From positions 1 to 64,000 of IMG/VR virus record IMGVR_UViG_3300001450_000027: a DNA stretch of 64,000 nt; one strand, 5' to 3'. Shown here in pieces: positions 30,181 to 39,577 of the stretch. This DNA comes from an uncultured virus (IMG/VR IMGVR_UViG_3300001450_000027). Lineage: Duplodnaviria > Heunggongvirae > Uroviricota > Caudoviricetes. The notes beneath the pieces were generated by a model. The model saw nothing but the letters and a program-made list of their open reading frames with translations. It had not been told where the DNA came from and ran no database searches. Both the position numbers and the translations under genes were made by a program. Position 1 is the stretch's first letter. Each line of letters begins with the position of its first letter.

Positions 30181-30358
30181 GACCAACTCCTATATGGTTA
30201 ATATTTATGCCTTCATCTTTTACAGTCATTGATAGAAAGTAGGAGGTTCCGGCTGAGATGCATCCGCATATAAACATATTTGCGATTGAATACTCGAAAG
30301 TAAATAGTTCAGTGAAACCATTTATCAAAAATAAGAAACACCCAACCCAAAAACCTAA
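30173..30358 (-). pseudogene. Displaced 3' half of the membrane-protein gene 31168-31473 (still an open frame)
   Basis: ANMFICGCISAGTSYFLSMTVKDEG vs ANMFLMGCLSAGTSYFLSMVVKDDG (20/25 identical); begins LGFWVG at the endonuclease stop. Confidence 0.75.
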
Positions 30359-31122
30359 ACTTTCCAAATTTCATAACGGCATATTTTACCAACGTGGCCC
30401 GTTTGAAGGTTAAATTTTTGTGCTATATCTTTTATTTTCATTTTCTCTTCCTCTCTCAGTCTTCTTATCTCGATGACAGCCTCTTCATTTAGTTTAGACT
30501 TGTTTCTTCTTGTTTCGATACTGGCTTCTGTTATTTTATCGATATGTTGTTTTGTTTTTGGTTTATATTTTTTTCTGGGTGTTTCAGATATTTTCTTTCT
30601 TGTTTCAGCAGAATGCCTCTTGCCATAAAATGGATTTCCTTTCCCAGAATTCCTTTCGGACATTTTCTTCTTTTGTTCTTTTGAGTAAACATACTTATGC
30701 ATGGGATTTCTTTCTCCCATTTTTGATAAAGACATCTTTCTCCTTGTTTCTGAGGAAATCTTTTTGCCCTTGTTGGCCATTGAGACCTTTCTTTTCATTT
30801 CATCCGTGTGTTTTACTCCCAACGAAGAGCCTGCTGTGGGACTAATGTTGTATCCAAATTTTCTATCATATGATTTGAGCCTATCTATATGCCTTTGCTC
30901 TTCAAAAATTAAATCTTTCTTATTTGCTACCACTTGTAGCACTTCAAAAGAAAAGTTATCTTTTCCATACTTGTTCCAAGATCTCTGTAAATGCTCTGAG
31001 TGGTGTTTGTTTTTGTTGAGTTGGTGTTTGTGCCTTGTCCACCGCTTCTTGATGGAAACAGCACTTCCTACATAAACTTTACCATTTAGCAAATTTTTAA
31101 TAATATAAATACCAGACTTCAT
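30355..31122 (-). mobile_element. Free-standing GIY-YIG homing endonuclease with NUMOD3 repeats and C-terminal HTH
   Basis: GIYIIKNLLNGKVYVGS..I.KRW..H, YN, NUMOD3-like KHTDEMKRKVS / NPFYGKRHSAETRKKIS, KLNEEAVIEIR...IAQKFN. Confidence 0.9.
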
Positions 31123-31167
31123 TCTCAAACCCTCACAATAGTAAATAGTCTTTGGTTGGGTTTTTAC

Positions 31168-31473
31168 TCAAGTCTTTTTTATTTGTATTCCATCGTCTTT
31201 AACTACCATAGATAGGAAATAGCTTGTGCCTGCCGACAAGCAACCCATTAAGAACATATTAGCAAAAGTAATTTCATAATTCCAAAGACTCGTGTACGGC
31301 GACAAGAGTACTAACAACCACCCCACATGGAAAGAAACACATAAAGGGCAATGCCACAAAGTATTCCACTTTTTTGTGTAATCTTTCTTGGGTCGAATGT
31401 CTTCAAATATCTTGCCGTATACCAACATAAATGTCATACCGTATGCAGCAAGAATAAAATAGATTAAGTCCAC
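31168..31473 (-). CDS. Small membrane protein with CPxC motif (DUF1360-like)
   Basis: Three hydrophobic segments, IFEDIR, HCPLCVSFHVGW. Confidence 0.65.
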   Translation of the reverse strand: MDLIYFILAAYGMTFMLVYGKIFEDIRPKKDYTKKWNTLWHCPLCVSFHVGWLLVLLSPYTSLWNYEITFANMFLMGCLSAGTSYFLSMVVKDDGIQIKKT

Positions 31474-31481
31474 TTAGTCTC

Positions 31482-32060
31482 CTAATATATGTATCTGCCG
31501 TACATGTAAGGGGCAAACAAGCCATGCTGCTTAATGGAGCCCTTCTCTTCTTCGTGTGGCACTTCGCCAAACTCTGTTGACCTTTCGTCATTCGGGTCTA
31601 GAACGAAATCGTCCATCATATCATCATGGCCTTTGGACGATTTCATGTATGGTCTTTCGCTATCAATCCATTGACTTATTTCGTATAAAGTGGCTTTAAT
31701 ACCGTCAGCTTTTTTAGCCTCATGAATCTTCGCCTCAAGGGAACCATAAACGTTTCCACCTTGTATAGAATCGTAAGCGATAATCCCTGTCTTTTTTAGG
31801 TGGTCAAATAAGCGACTCTCTGCGCCATATACGATTTCTGTCATTAGGTCTTTAGCAAAGGCCACAACTTTTTTCTTTTCAGTCATAACAACGATATCGA
31901 TGTCAGAGTGGTCAAAGATCATAAGATCTCCATTTAACGCTTCCCTCATCATCAATTGAAATTCAAGCATTTGTTTGTTGCTATTTTGTATATTAATTTT
32001 AATCGTTTCTTTCACTTTAATATTAACATCATCAGAGTTTATATTTACCTTAACTGGCAT
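31482..32060 (-). CDS. Hypothetical head-module protein
   Basis: Start MPVKV with GGAGG SD; IQGGNVYGSLEA; in the portal operon. Confidence 0.65.
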   Translation of the reverse strand: MPVKVNINSDDVNIKVKETIKINIQNSNKQMLEFQLMMREALNGDLMIFDHSDIDIVVMTEKKKVVAFAKDLMTEIVYGAESRLFDHLKKTGIIAYDSIQGGNVYGSLEAKIHEAKKADGIKATLYEISQWIDSERPYMKSSKGHDDMMDDFVLDPNDERSTEFGEVPHEEEKGSIKQHGLFAPYMYGRYIY

Positions 32061-32871
32061 TGTTTGATACCTCCGCAACAAGATTCTGAATTAAAAATAC
32101 ATCCTTAACTACTTCTTCTGTAATTGGAGTGTTTTTAAAATTCTCAAGTTTATTCAAAACTTGCTTTGTTTTGGCTAAAAACGCCTCATTTTTTGCTATT
32201 TTTTGCGTTTTGGTACATTCGTGTAGGTTAATCTTAAGACGCGAAATTTCCTCGTTTAAGAACGATTTAAGACCCAAGCCGTTATCAGAGAATGAAATAA
32301 TATAATTCATTAAAAGATCTTTCTGCTCTCTTCTTAGGCTATTGCCATAAGTTTTATTAAATTTATTAGTAAATGTCTTGTATGTGAGGTTGTCGACATG
32401 AGAAAGATCGCGTTTTTCGCTTTTCTCCGTTGACATCGATTGAATCAAGCGGCCTTCAACAAGAATACGATTCTTCGCTTTAAGTTTGGAGTTTAGATAT
32501 GCCCCAATTGATGCCATATCTTTGTAGTTTGAGATAAAATTAGCAAATGCTGTTGGCGACAGTGTCTCGTTAATCTCTTTAATTAATACAGTTTGCTGGT
32601 TGAAGACCATTTTTCTATCAATGTTTTCGAAATCTTTCTTCGTTTCAGCAAGAAGTCGTATCGCGAATTCTTTGCTTACTTTTTTACCCTCAAGAATTGA
32701 TCGGTAAATATCCAAATCTTGCTTAAGGACAGAGTCTTTTTTAAAACTCTCCTTTATAATCTTAATAATGTTTTGCCGCTTTTGTTTGTCCTTGCGAACA
32801 ATTGCTTTTGTGAGTTCTTTAACAAGACATTCATAAAGAAAAGCGGTATTTCTTTTCTTATTGTGCTTCAT
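32050..32871 (-). CDS. Hypothetical helical protein downstream of portal
   Basis: MKHNKKRNTAFLYE, ISNYK..ASI, FNKTY..L..EQK.LL..YI; overlaps the portal stop. Confidence 0.7.
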   Translation of the reverse strand: MKHNKKRNTAFLYECLVKELTKAIVRKDKQKRQNIIKIIKESFKKDSVLKQDLDIYRSILEGKKVSKEFAIRLLAETKKDFENIDRKMVFNQQTVLIKEINETLSPTAFANFISNYKDMASIGAYLNSKLKAKNRILVEGRLIQSMSTEKSEKRDLSHVDNLTYKTFTNKFNKTYGNSLRREQKDLLMNYIISFSDNGLGLKSFLNEEISRLKINLHECTKTQKIAKNEAFLAKTKQVLNKLENFKNTPITEEVVKDVFLIQNLVAEVSNNAS

Positions 32872-34765
32872 GATCTTTTTTCTCCGTTTTTATAAGGCCT
32901 TCTAAAAGTTTATCAATTTCATACTTTGTATTAAATAGTTTGTTTTCTTCAACTTTGTGTGATTCCGTAATACCTTTTGATAATTGTCTAAGCTCTGTAG
33001 AGCCCATGGGCAAAGCAGTCCTTGCTGTGTTGCCGTATTCTCCGGTGGCTTGGTTTTTGAAATTCTTCTTTCTGCCGCCTTTATTATAATTCATCTGGTG
33101 TCTTTTATACTTGCCTCGTTTATATTGAGAGCCGTCATCTCTCTTGGCTGGTGGCTCTGCTAATAAAACATCGTCTTCTTCATCGCCACCGGCTGGTTCT
33201 GCGTCTCCTTCGCCGCCCAAGTCAAGGTCACCACCAAGGTCATCTCCACCAAGGTCACCACCAAGATCACCACCTAGGTCTCCACCCAGACCACCACCTT
33301 CTCCTTGTCCTTCTCCGCCTTGAAGTTGTGTTGCGAATTTCATATCATGAAACATCTCTCTTTGATTTCTGATGAATTCATCTTCTGATATACCAAGCAT
33401 GTGCTCTGCCACCCAACGTTTAGAAAAATAACCTTCTGTTGCTGCGCTCGCAGCTTCAAACTTGCTTTTCCAGTGCTCAAGCTCTTGCAGTTCAGCAATC
33501 TTAGAAGGGTTGTTGAGATGAAGAGAGAATGAAAGAAGGTCATCCCCCCTGAACCCAAGAGTGAATAGATGTATAATACCAATCTTTTCAAGCTCCGATA
33601 TAATAACACGCTGTAGACGTTGAATGGTTCTTGAAAAGCGAATATCTTTCTGTGCAAGGGTCGTCTTATCCTCCATGGCACCCTCACCCATTGTAAGGTA
33701 AGCTTGCGGAATTTTAATCGCAGCAAAAAGCTTGTCTTTGAGATATTTAACATCTTCTACTGTTCCCGTGAATTGTCCACCGGGCAAATTAGTGATCTCA
33801 GACGCAGATCCACCGCGAACAGGAATAAAATAATCCTCTTCTATTGATAGTGGGTTGTAGCGAAGATCAACACGACCAGTACTAGGATCGACAACTTGGT
33901 GACGCTTCATCTGGGTCATGACTTTCTGCATATACTGCTCTACATCTTGAGGGGCTATATTGCCAACATCAATTTTAAATACTCTCCTTTCTGGTGACCT
34001 GACGATACGATAGGCCATCATTGCGTCCTCAAGAAGGGTGAGTTGTCTCCAAATACGACGAGCCGGCTCAAGCACAGAGGTTCCATAAGGAACGTTTTTA
34101 TCGTTCCCTAACACTCTAAAGTGAGCAACCTGCCAATTCTCAAGCGTGAGACCAGCAGAGTTCCATTGGTATTGAACGTAATTCGGATTACTTTCGTCTT
34201 CCCCCTCAAGTCTTTCGACTTCTTGAGGGGGCAGCCCAATACAGTTTCTAATCCCAGCGTCTTCATCCATATCTAAATAAAGAAAGAGGTCACCGTATTT
34301 ACACATAGTTCGAGACCAACCAAATAAATTGTGGTTGATGTTAAGAACATTAAAATACAAGGATTCAAGAACTGACTTGATTTCATCATTTGCACACTTG
34401 ATTTGCAACATTGGGTTCAAACTTGAGTGGGTCGTCATCTCGTCTGCGTAAATATCTAATGCCGAAGCAATGATAGGTTCGTATTCCATTTGATCAAAGT
34501 CGACATAACGCTCAGATCGGTTTCTGTTGGAAATCATATTGACCGCCATAACGTTCATGGGGTTGTATTCAGTCTTTTTAAATTGTTTACCGGAGGCTGA
34601 CTTAAATCGATTAGCATATATATCGAGATGTCTTCTCCGAATCTCCCTACCCGTCTGAGTTCTGCGATTGACTATTGGTCCAGAAAACAGTCTTGTAAGT
34701 GACTTGAACAGCTTGTTCGTTTCATTATAGGGGTTATTCCCTTTTCTTCCATATTTTTTAGCCAT
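32858..34765 (-). CDS. Portal protein (T4 gp20-like)
   Basis: ALDIYADE, LEDAMMAYRIVRSPERRVFKIDVGN, EDYFIPVRGG, EITNLPGG, KIP. Confidence 0.97.
   Translation of the reverse strand: MAKKYGRKGNNPYNETNKLFKSLTRLFSGPIVNRRTQTGREIRRRHLDIYANRFKSASGKQFKKTEYNPMNVMAVNMISNRNRSERYVDFDQMEYEPIIASALDIYADEMTTHSSLNPMLQIKCANDEIKSVLESLYFNVLNINHNLFGWSRTMCKYGDLFLYLDMDEDAGIRNCIGLPPQEVERLEGEDESNPNYVQYQWNSAGLTLENWQVAHFRVLGNDKNVPYGTSVLEPARRIWRQLTLLEDAMMAYRIVRSPERRVFKIDVGNIAPQDVEQYMQKVMTQMKRHQVVDPSTGRVDLRYNPLSIEEDYFIPVRGGSASEITNLPGGQFTGTVEDVKYLKDKLFAAIKIPQAYLTMGEGAMEDKTTLAQKDIRFSRTIQRLQRVIISELEKIGIIHLFTLGFRGDDLLSFSLHLNNPSKIAELQELEHWKSKFEAASAATEGYFSKRWVAEHMLGISEDEFIRNQREMFHDMKFATQLQGGEGQGEGGGLGGDLGGDLGGDLGGDDLGGDLDLGGEGDAEPAGGDEEDDVLLAEPPAKRDDGSQYKRGKYKRHQMNYNKGGRKKNFKNQATGEYGNTARTALPMGSTELRQLSKGITESHKVEENKLFNTKYEIDKLLEGLIKTEKKDHEAQ
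33213..33300 (-). repeat. GGDL low-complexity repeat in the portal C-terminal tail
   Basis: GGGLGGDLGGDLGGDLGGDDLGGDLDLGG; imperfect 12-bp period. Confidence 0.8.
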
Positions 34766-34771
34766 ATTATA

Positions 34772-36358
34772 TTATCCTTTGTAAATCCATAAAAAATCTT
34801 TTGTTTGCTCAATTTCATCCCTGTATTTGTCTTGGGTTGTTTGAGAGAAAGTGTCCATTCCTTTAATTGCTGTATTTAGTTTGGTAGTGTTCATATACAT
34901 CGAGTTCATCATTGCTTTTTTATATTCTTGTTCTTTTTTATTAACTTGCAGGGCCGTATCTCGAACCCAACAAGCAATTGCTAATGACATAACTAGGTCA
35001 TCGTTGTAGCTTCTCATAGATTGTGGTTTCCCGTTAGCCCATATAAAAGTTTTAAATTCATGATAAGATCTACTAGAATAAATCTTTACCAACTTGTTTC
35101 GTATGAACTCCTCTAGTTTAGCAACAATTAAAGGTCTTGTCTTGGTTGACGTTGTAAATCCTGCGATTGCATTATTCATGTTTTCGCCTTGAATTTGACT
35201 AACAAACTCATGTGTTGACTTAACAGAATAATACAAATTAGAATATCCCAAGTTAATTAGTTTTTCCAAAATTGATATACCAATACCGTTGTTCTCTACG
35301 ACCAAAAGGCAATTTCCAAATTCAGAACCAGCAGAAAACAACATCTGTGAGTACATGTCCAAACTTGGCTTTCCTTGGTATTCAGCAATCACCTCCATAG
35401 TCTCTAATTTTATAATATGAAAAACAGAATTATCTGCACCGTCACCCCTTGCTACATCAGCAACAAGCAAGTACGTATTGTTTTCATTATATTTCTCCCA
35501 AAGCCAAAGATTGCGATCGTGCCCGGTTCTATATTCTGGGTCCTTCAGTAATTTACTGAGCCATGTCAAATCGTCCGGATGAATAACAGTGTCACCAGAA
35601 GTATTAAAGTTACACAACAATTCCTGTGCAACTTGTCTCTTGGACATGTTCTTGGTCTCTCTCTCAAACCATGCTTGGTCTCTCTCCGGGTGTACGTCCC
35701 ACATCAAATCGATAGGGTTGAACTCGTTCTCGCCGTCGACAGCGCCAACATAGGTTTTGTGAAACCAGTTTCCCGTGCCCTTCGGGGTGGAAAGGGCAAT
35801 ACATCTACCACCTGTCGCCAGCGTAGAGTAGACAGAAGTCCATATATCTGTCATCTTTTCAACATGTGCAGCCTCGTCGATGACAAGCAGAGACAGAGCC
35901 TCTGAACGACCTGCGTCTTCTGATGTTGGCACCGCTTTGATAATGGAGCCGTTAGATAGCTCAAAGGACGTCCTGTTGTCAATGGAGATCCGAGAAACCT
36001 TCATCCAATCCGGAAGGTTCTTCATCATACTTTTTACTTTTTTAACAAGGTTCGAGGCTGTGCTAAATTTAGTAGCGAGCACAACAATATTCTTTTCTTT
36101 GTGAAAAAGCATAAACCAAACGCAATAAGCAGCGGTGATCGTAGAGATCCCCAACTGCCTTGCTTTTAAAATAACGTTAAAACGAAAATCATTATAATCG
36201 TCTAACAAGTCGTCTTGATACGGATATGTCTTAAATTGTATTAGTCCCTTCATGGGGTGACTAATACGACAATAGTTGTTAATAAAGTAGGCAGAATCTT
36301 TACCTGATTTGATGATCTCTTTTATAATGTCTTGCTTGGAAAGACGATATGGTTTCAT
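34772..36358 (-). CDS. Terminase large subunit (T4 gp17-like)
   Basis: YPYQ, LKARQLGIST (Walker A-like), LLVIDEAA (Walker B), STPKG, ADVARGDG.D.S, VENN, DDLVMS. Confidence 0.97.
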   Translation of the reverse strand: MKPYRLSKQDIIKEIIKSGKDSAYFINNYCRISHPMKGLIQFKTYPYQDDLLDDYNDFRFNVILKARQLGISTITAAYCVWFMLFHKEKNIVVLATKFSTASNLVKKVKSMMKNLPDWMKVSRISIDNRTSFELSNGSIIKAVPTSEDAGRSEALSLLVIDEAAHVEKMTDIWTSVYSTLATGGRCIALSTPKGTGNWFHKTYVGAVDGENEFNPIDLMWDVHPERDQAWFERETKNMSKRQVAQELLCNFNTSGDTVIHPDDLTWLSKLLKDPEYRTGHDRNLWLWEKYNENNTYLLVADVARGDGADNSVFHIIKLETMEVIAEYQGKPSLDMYSQMLFSAGSEFGNCLLVVENNGIGISILEKLINLGYSNLYYSVKSTHEFVSQIQGENMNNAIAGFTTSTKTRPLIVAKLEEFIRNKLVKIYSSRSYHEFKTFIWANGKPQSMRSYNDDLVMSLAIACWVRDTALQVNKKEQEYKKAMMNSMYMNTTKLNTAIKGMDTFSQTTQDKYRDEIEQTKDFLWIYKG

Positions 36359-36903
36359 TTTTTCCTTGTATCATTTCGTGGTCTTTTGTTCTTGTTATCT
36401 AAATCCATAAACTTACGCCACGAATCTTCGATTTTTCTATTCTCTGATCCGCCCGCATCAGGATCTACTTTGATTCCTGAGATGTTGAAATATTGGTATG
36501 CTTGTACGAAACTGCGAACTCTAGATACAGACGAAGCAAGAACGGAAACATCACCTTCTTTAGTAAGAGTCACATTGTTTCCAGTTATGGATTTGTACTC
36601 TTTCTGTAAAAACTTTTTTACTTCGCCTATCATACGTGACATCTCGTTTTCAAAGTCTCCACCGTATATCTCTTTAAGCCTTATATCAGACTGGTAATGG
36701 ATAGCAATTTGGTTTCCCATAAATTTTATACTGAAACCATCGTTTACCCTCTGGTCCATAATCGGACAACCTTCTTCTCTTTTGAGTCCTACCTTTTTAG
36801 ACTCACCATCACGAACAAAACGCTCGTCATGGGCACCGTCATAAGCGTTTGAGGCTGCCTGTGCAAGCCCTTGAACGATTTCTAAAATATTTGATTCAGC
36901 CAT
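36355..36903 (-). CDS. Hypothetical protein upstream of terminase
   Basis: Start MAESN; GLKREEG.PI.D.RV.DGF; ATGA overlap with terminase. Confidence 0.6.
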   Translation of the reverse strand: MAESNILEIVQGLAQAASNAYDGAHDERFVRDGESKKVGLKREEGCPIMDQRVNDGFSIKFMGNQIAIHYQSDIRLKEIYGGDFENEMSRMIGEVKKFLQKEYKSITGNNVTLTKEGDVSVLASSVSRVRSFVQAYQYFNISGIKVDPDAGGSENRKIEDSWRKFMDLDNKNKRPRNDTRKK

Positions 36904-37273
36904 TATTAGGTCTCCATCCTTGTTTCCATCTATCTTCGCGTCCTTCAACCCATTGTATATAACACTTCTCACAACATTCAAATTTAGACATATAGAGATC
37001 ATCGTTTGATTTAAATGAATATGTATTACAAACCGGGCAAGAGCGCTTGGATTCTCTTTTAAGTAGTTTCTTGGATATAAAAACTCCATTTACTTGCTCC
37101 TCACCGTAGTCTATGTTACTAGTGGAATCGTAAACTGTTTTTAATTGCTTAAGGTATTCTTTTTCTTTTTCGCTTGTCCAGTTGGCCTTTGGGCTTTGGA
37201 CTGCATCGTCTCCATATTTTTCTGCAATTGCCTTTTCTACCTTAATTGCGTAATTGGGATCTTTGTTTTTCAT
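36896..37273 (-). CDS. Hypothetical protein with CxxC...CxxC zinc finger
   Basis: CPVC...CCEKC; ends GWRP. Confidence 0.6.
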   Translation of the reverse strand: MKNKDPNYAIKVEKAIAEKYGDDAVQSPKANWTSEKEKEYLKQLKTVYDSTSNIDYGEEQVNGVFISKKLLKRESKRSCPVCNTYSFKSNDDLYMSKFECCEKCYIQWVEGREDRWKQGWRPNNG

Positions 37274-37279
37274 AAAGCC

Positions 37280-37699
37280 TCACTTCACCGCATGCATAAT
37301 TGCTATAGATGTGCCAACGCCTGCAACAAATCCACCTGCAAGCCACCAAGAGTTTTTGCTTGGCTTAACAAGTCCATTGAGCTTGTCTATTTCATCTTGT
37401 TTGATTGTTAGCAAATCAGTCAGACGCTCGTCAGCAGACTCGCATTTGGCTGTTAAAAGGTTATAATTATAATTCTCCTTCTCTACCGCTCTGCTAACGT
37501 GGTACTCTATTTGGATATCGCACTGCTCTACCATTAGTCGGTTTTCGACAATCAACTTTGAAACAGCCGCATTGTTAAATAGCCTACCTTCGAATGGGGC
37601 CTTCTGGCCTTGGTTTAATTTTGTAAATTTTGGTTTTTGCTCAAATGCGTGGGCTGCATTAGACCATGTCATTAGAAACCCTAATAAGAAATATTTCAT
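37280..37699 (-). CDS. Secreted coiled-coil protein with C-terminal membrane anchor (possible spanin-like)
   Basis: Signal peptide ending AHA, central coiled coil, hydrophobic WWLAGGFVAGVGTSIAIM. Confidence 0.5.
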   Translation of the reverse strand: MKYFLLGFLMTWSNAAHAFEQKPKFTKLNQGQKAPFEGRLFNNAAVSKLIVENRLMVEQCDIQIEYHVSRAVEKENYNYNLLTAKCESADERLTDLLTIKQDEIDKLNGLVKPSKNSWWLAGGFVAGVGTSIAIMHAVK

Positions 37700-38859
37700 C
37701 TTCTTCTCCTTGCAATAATTCCCATAAGCGGGATTAAAAAGAAACTATACGGAGTCGGTGCGACACTGCACCCACCCTTTACTGGATCTGTCACTTCTTG
37801 GCTAAGCTGTGGTAGTTGCGAAAGCTCTTCGGTCTCCTCTTCACTGTAAGTACCCTCAGAGGACTCCTCTTCTTCATCTGTTTGTGGGTCCCACTCTTCT
37901 TGCTCTTCTTCCGTCCACGTTTCCTCTTCTGTCCAAGTTTCTTCTTCTTCAGCTTCGTAGAATGGGGCTGAAATTTCAATGTTTGAAAGAGTAACCCCAA
38001 TCTCGTGAGCGCCACTCCAAGGCCACCAAGAAGAATCAAAAGCGGATGAGATGTTGAGTTCGTCTATGGTAAAGGTTTGACCTTCTTCAACTTGGATACT
38101 CATGAAATACTCGTGATACACACTCTCTTCAGATCTTGCTTCTAAGTTGAGATAGGTATCCCAAGCCATCATTCCAGCCTGACCATTAACATATACATCC
38201 CATTCATAAAGAGTGACTTCATATTGGGTTTGGACACGGTAATCTGAGCTTAAAAATCCCTTGGTTTGTACATTGCCAGCAGCTTTAACGCTCCCATCTT
38301 CCGTGATGGGATATTCACCATGAGCCATTACAGCACCCTCAGCATCAAGGCCAAGCCCGTAGCTGTTGGTAAAGGTTACTTGGCCATAGGCATCAATTCC
38401 ATAGTTCTCAAAAGGCACTGACCAATCCCAGCGGAATGCACCATTTTCACGGGTTAAATCGGTGAGGGCCTCAACGGAGAGTACTGGTGGAGAACTCCAA
38501 CTCCAATCGTTCCAATCGGTAACCCAAAGCTCATCGTCTTGTGCAGGTATCCCGCGAGCCTTAACAATCGCTACATAAAAGTCGGAACCGCGATCGATGG
38601 AAGACTGAAACCAAAAGAATTCAACGATTGCATTGATGGAGTTTCCAGCTTCATCTGAGTTTCCAATATACATTGTATTACCGGAAAAGTATGCGTATGC
38701 ATTTGGATTTTGGTCTGCATCAAATGCATTCACTTCGTCAAAAGTTACATCCACTTCGCCTTCAAGCATCGTAGCGCCTATATATGAGGTTTCGGACTGA
38801 CTCATATCATCGGCATTAGCATAGTTCATCAAGAACATGCTTAATAAGAAATATTTCAT
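37682..38859. repeat. 18-bp direct repeats (37682-37699 and 38842-38859) bounding the MYXO-CTERM-like gene
   Basis: Minus strand ATGAAATATTTCTTATTA (MKYFLL) at both gene starts. Confidence 0.85.
37696..38859 (-). CDS. Acidic surface protein with MYXO-CTERM-like C-terminal sorting signal
   Basis: Signal peptide (ANA), acidic body, TEEETW spacer repeats, ends KGGCSVAPTPYSFFLIPLMGIIARRRR. Confidence 0.75.
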   Translation of the reverse strand: MKYFLLSMFLMNYANADDMSQSETSYIGATMLEGEVDVTFDEVNAFDADQNPNAYAYFSGNTMYIGNSDEAGNSINAIVEFFWFQSSIDRGSDFYVAIVKARGIPAQDDELWVTDWNDWSWSSPPVLSVEALTDLTRENGAFRWDWSVPFENYGIDAYGQVTFTNSYGLGLDAEGAVMAHGEYPITEDGSVKAAGNVQTKGFLSSDYRVQTQYEVTLYEWDVYVNGQAGMMAWDTYLNLEARSEESVYHEYFMSIQVEEGQTFTIDELNISSAFDSSWWPWSGAHEIGVTLSNIEISAPFYEAEEEETWTEEETWTEEEQEEWDPQTDEEEESSEGTYSEEETEELSQLPQLSQEVTDPVKGGCSVAPTPYSFFLIPLMGIIARRRR

Positions 38860-39263
38860 TTACCCTCCATGGTTATTCCTAATTCTTGTTGTAAAATTCT
38901 ATCGATCTCGTTTGGATCGTTTTCTGCTTTTTTAACTAATTTTTTAATTTGTTCTTTCTTGCTTTTTGTCATACTCTCTTTTTCTTTTTCATATTTCTCT
39001 TCAATCTTCTTTACTGCTTCGCTGTAGTTTCTTTCGGCTTCTTCTCTTTTTTTAATTTCCAACTCGTGCGCTCTTTCAATCGCTTCTTTCTCTTTTTTAT
39101 ACTGCTGTCTTGCAAGGTTGGCCTGTAACATTATGCCATTAGCGCTCTGCTTACCAAGTGTATAAACGATTACAAAAGCCACAACAGCGACAAGCCATCG
39201 CCAATGTTGACGACAGAAGACGGCTGTAATCTTAAGATACTTTAAAAGAGTAAGCCAAATCAC
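38856..39263 (-). CDS. Membrane-anchored coiled-coil protein (i-spanin-like)
   Basis: N-terminal TM WRWLVAVVAFVIVYTLG then K/E-rich coiled coil; next to the holin-like gene. Confidence 0.45.
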   Translation of the reverse strand: MIWLTLLKYLKITAVFCRQHWRWLVAVVAFVIVYTLGKQSANGIMLQANLARQQYKKEKEAIERAHELEIKKREEAERNYSEAVKKIEEKYEKEKESMTKSKKEQIKKLVKKAENDPNEIDRILQQELGITMEGK

Positions 39264-39577
39264 GCCCTATCGCCATACTTGTATGTCTTAACTGCATCGA
39301 TAACCGACTGGCCACCGACATAAATAACTGCGATTAGTCCCCACGTCTCAGCGTCTAGCTCAGAAAGGTATAGTAATACTGTCGCTGTTGAAAACACAAG
39401 AAGCTTACGAGACATAAACTTTCCCATAAACCTGTCAGCCCAACCCAATTTGTTCTCGACTTTATTGTCGCCTTGGCAATCTTTATTACAACAGACCTCT
39501 TTACAGCGGCAATCTTCTTTGCAGCAATCTGCATCACAGCATAATTCTTTTTTTTCAATATCATTTTGTTCACTCAT
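39260..39577 (-). CDS. Holin-like two-TM protein with Cys-rich N-terminus
   Basis: SRKLL motif then two hydrophobic segments and Y.GGQS..D; 9 Cys in the N-terminus. Confidence 0.45.
   Translation of the reverse strand: MSEQNDIEKKELCCDADCCKEDCRCKEVCCNKDCQGDNKVENKLGWADRFMGKFMSRKLLVFSTATVLLYLSELDAETWGLIAVIYVGGQSVIDAVKTYKYGDRA

Noticed and set aside
30355..31340. Group I intron around the GIY-YIG gene
   Set aside because: Only ~45 nt of non-coding sequence, so no room for a ribozyme core. The junctions do not fit the U-ending exon / G-ending intron rule, and the upstream gene is already complete.
36355..36903. Terminase small subunit call
   Set aside because: The position fits, but I recognise no small-terminase motif; left as hypothetical.
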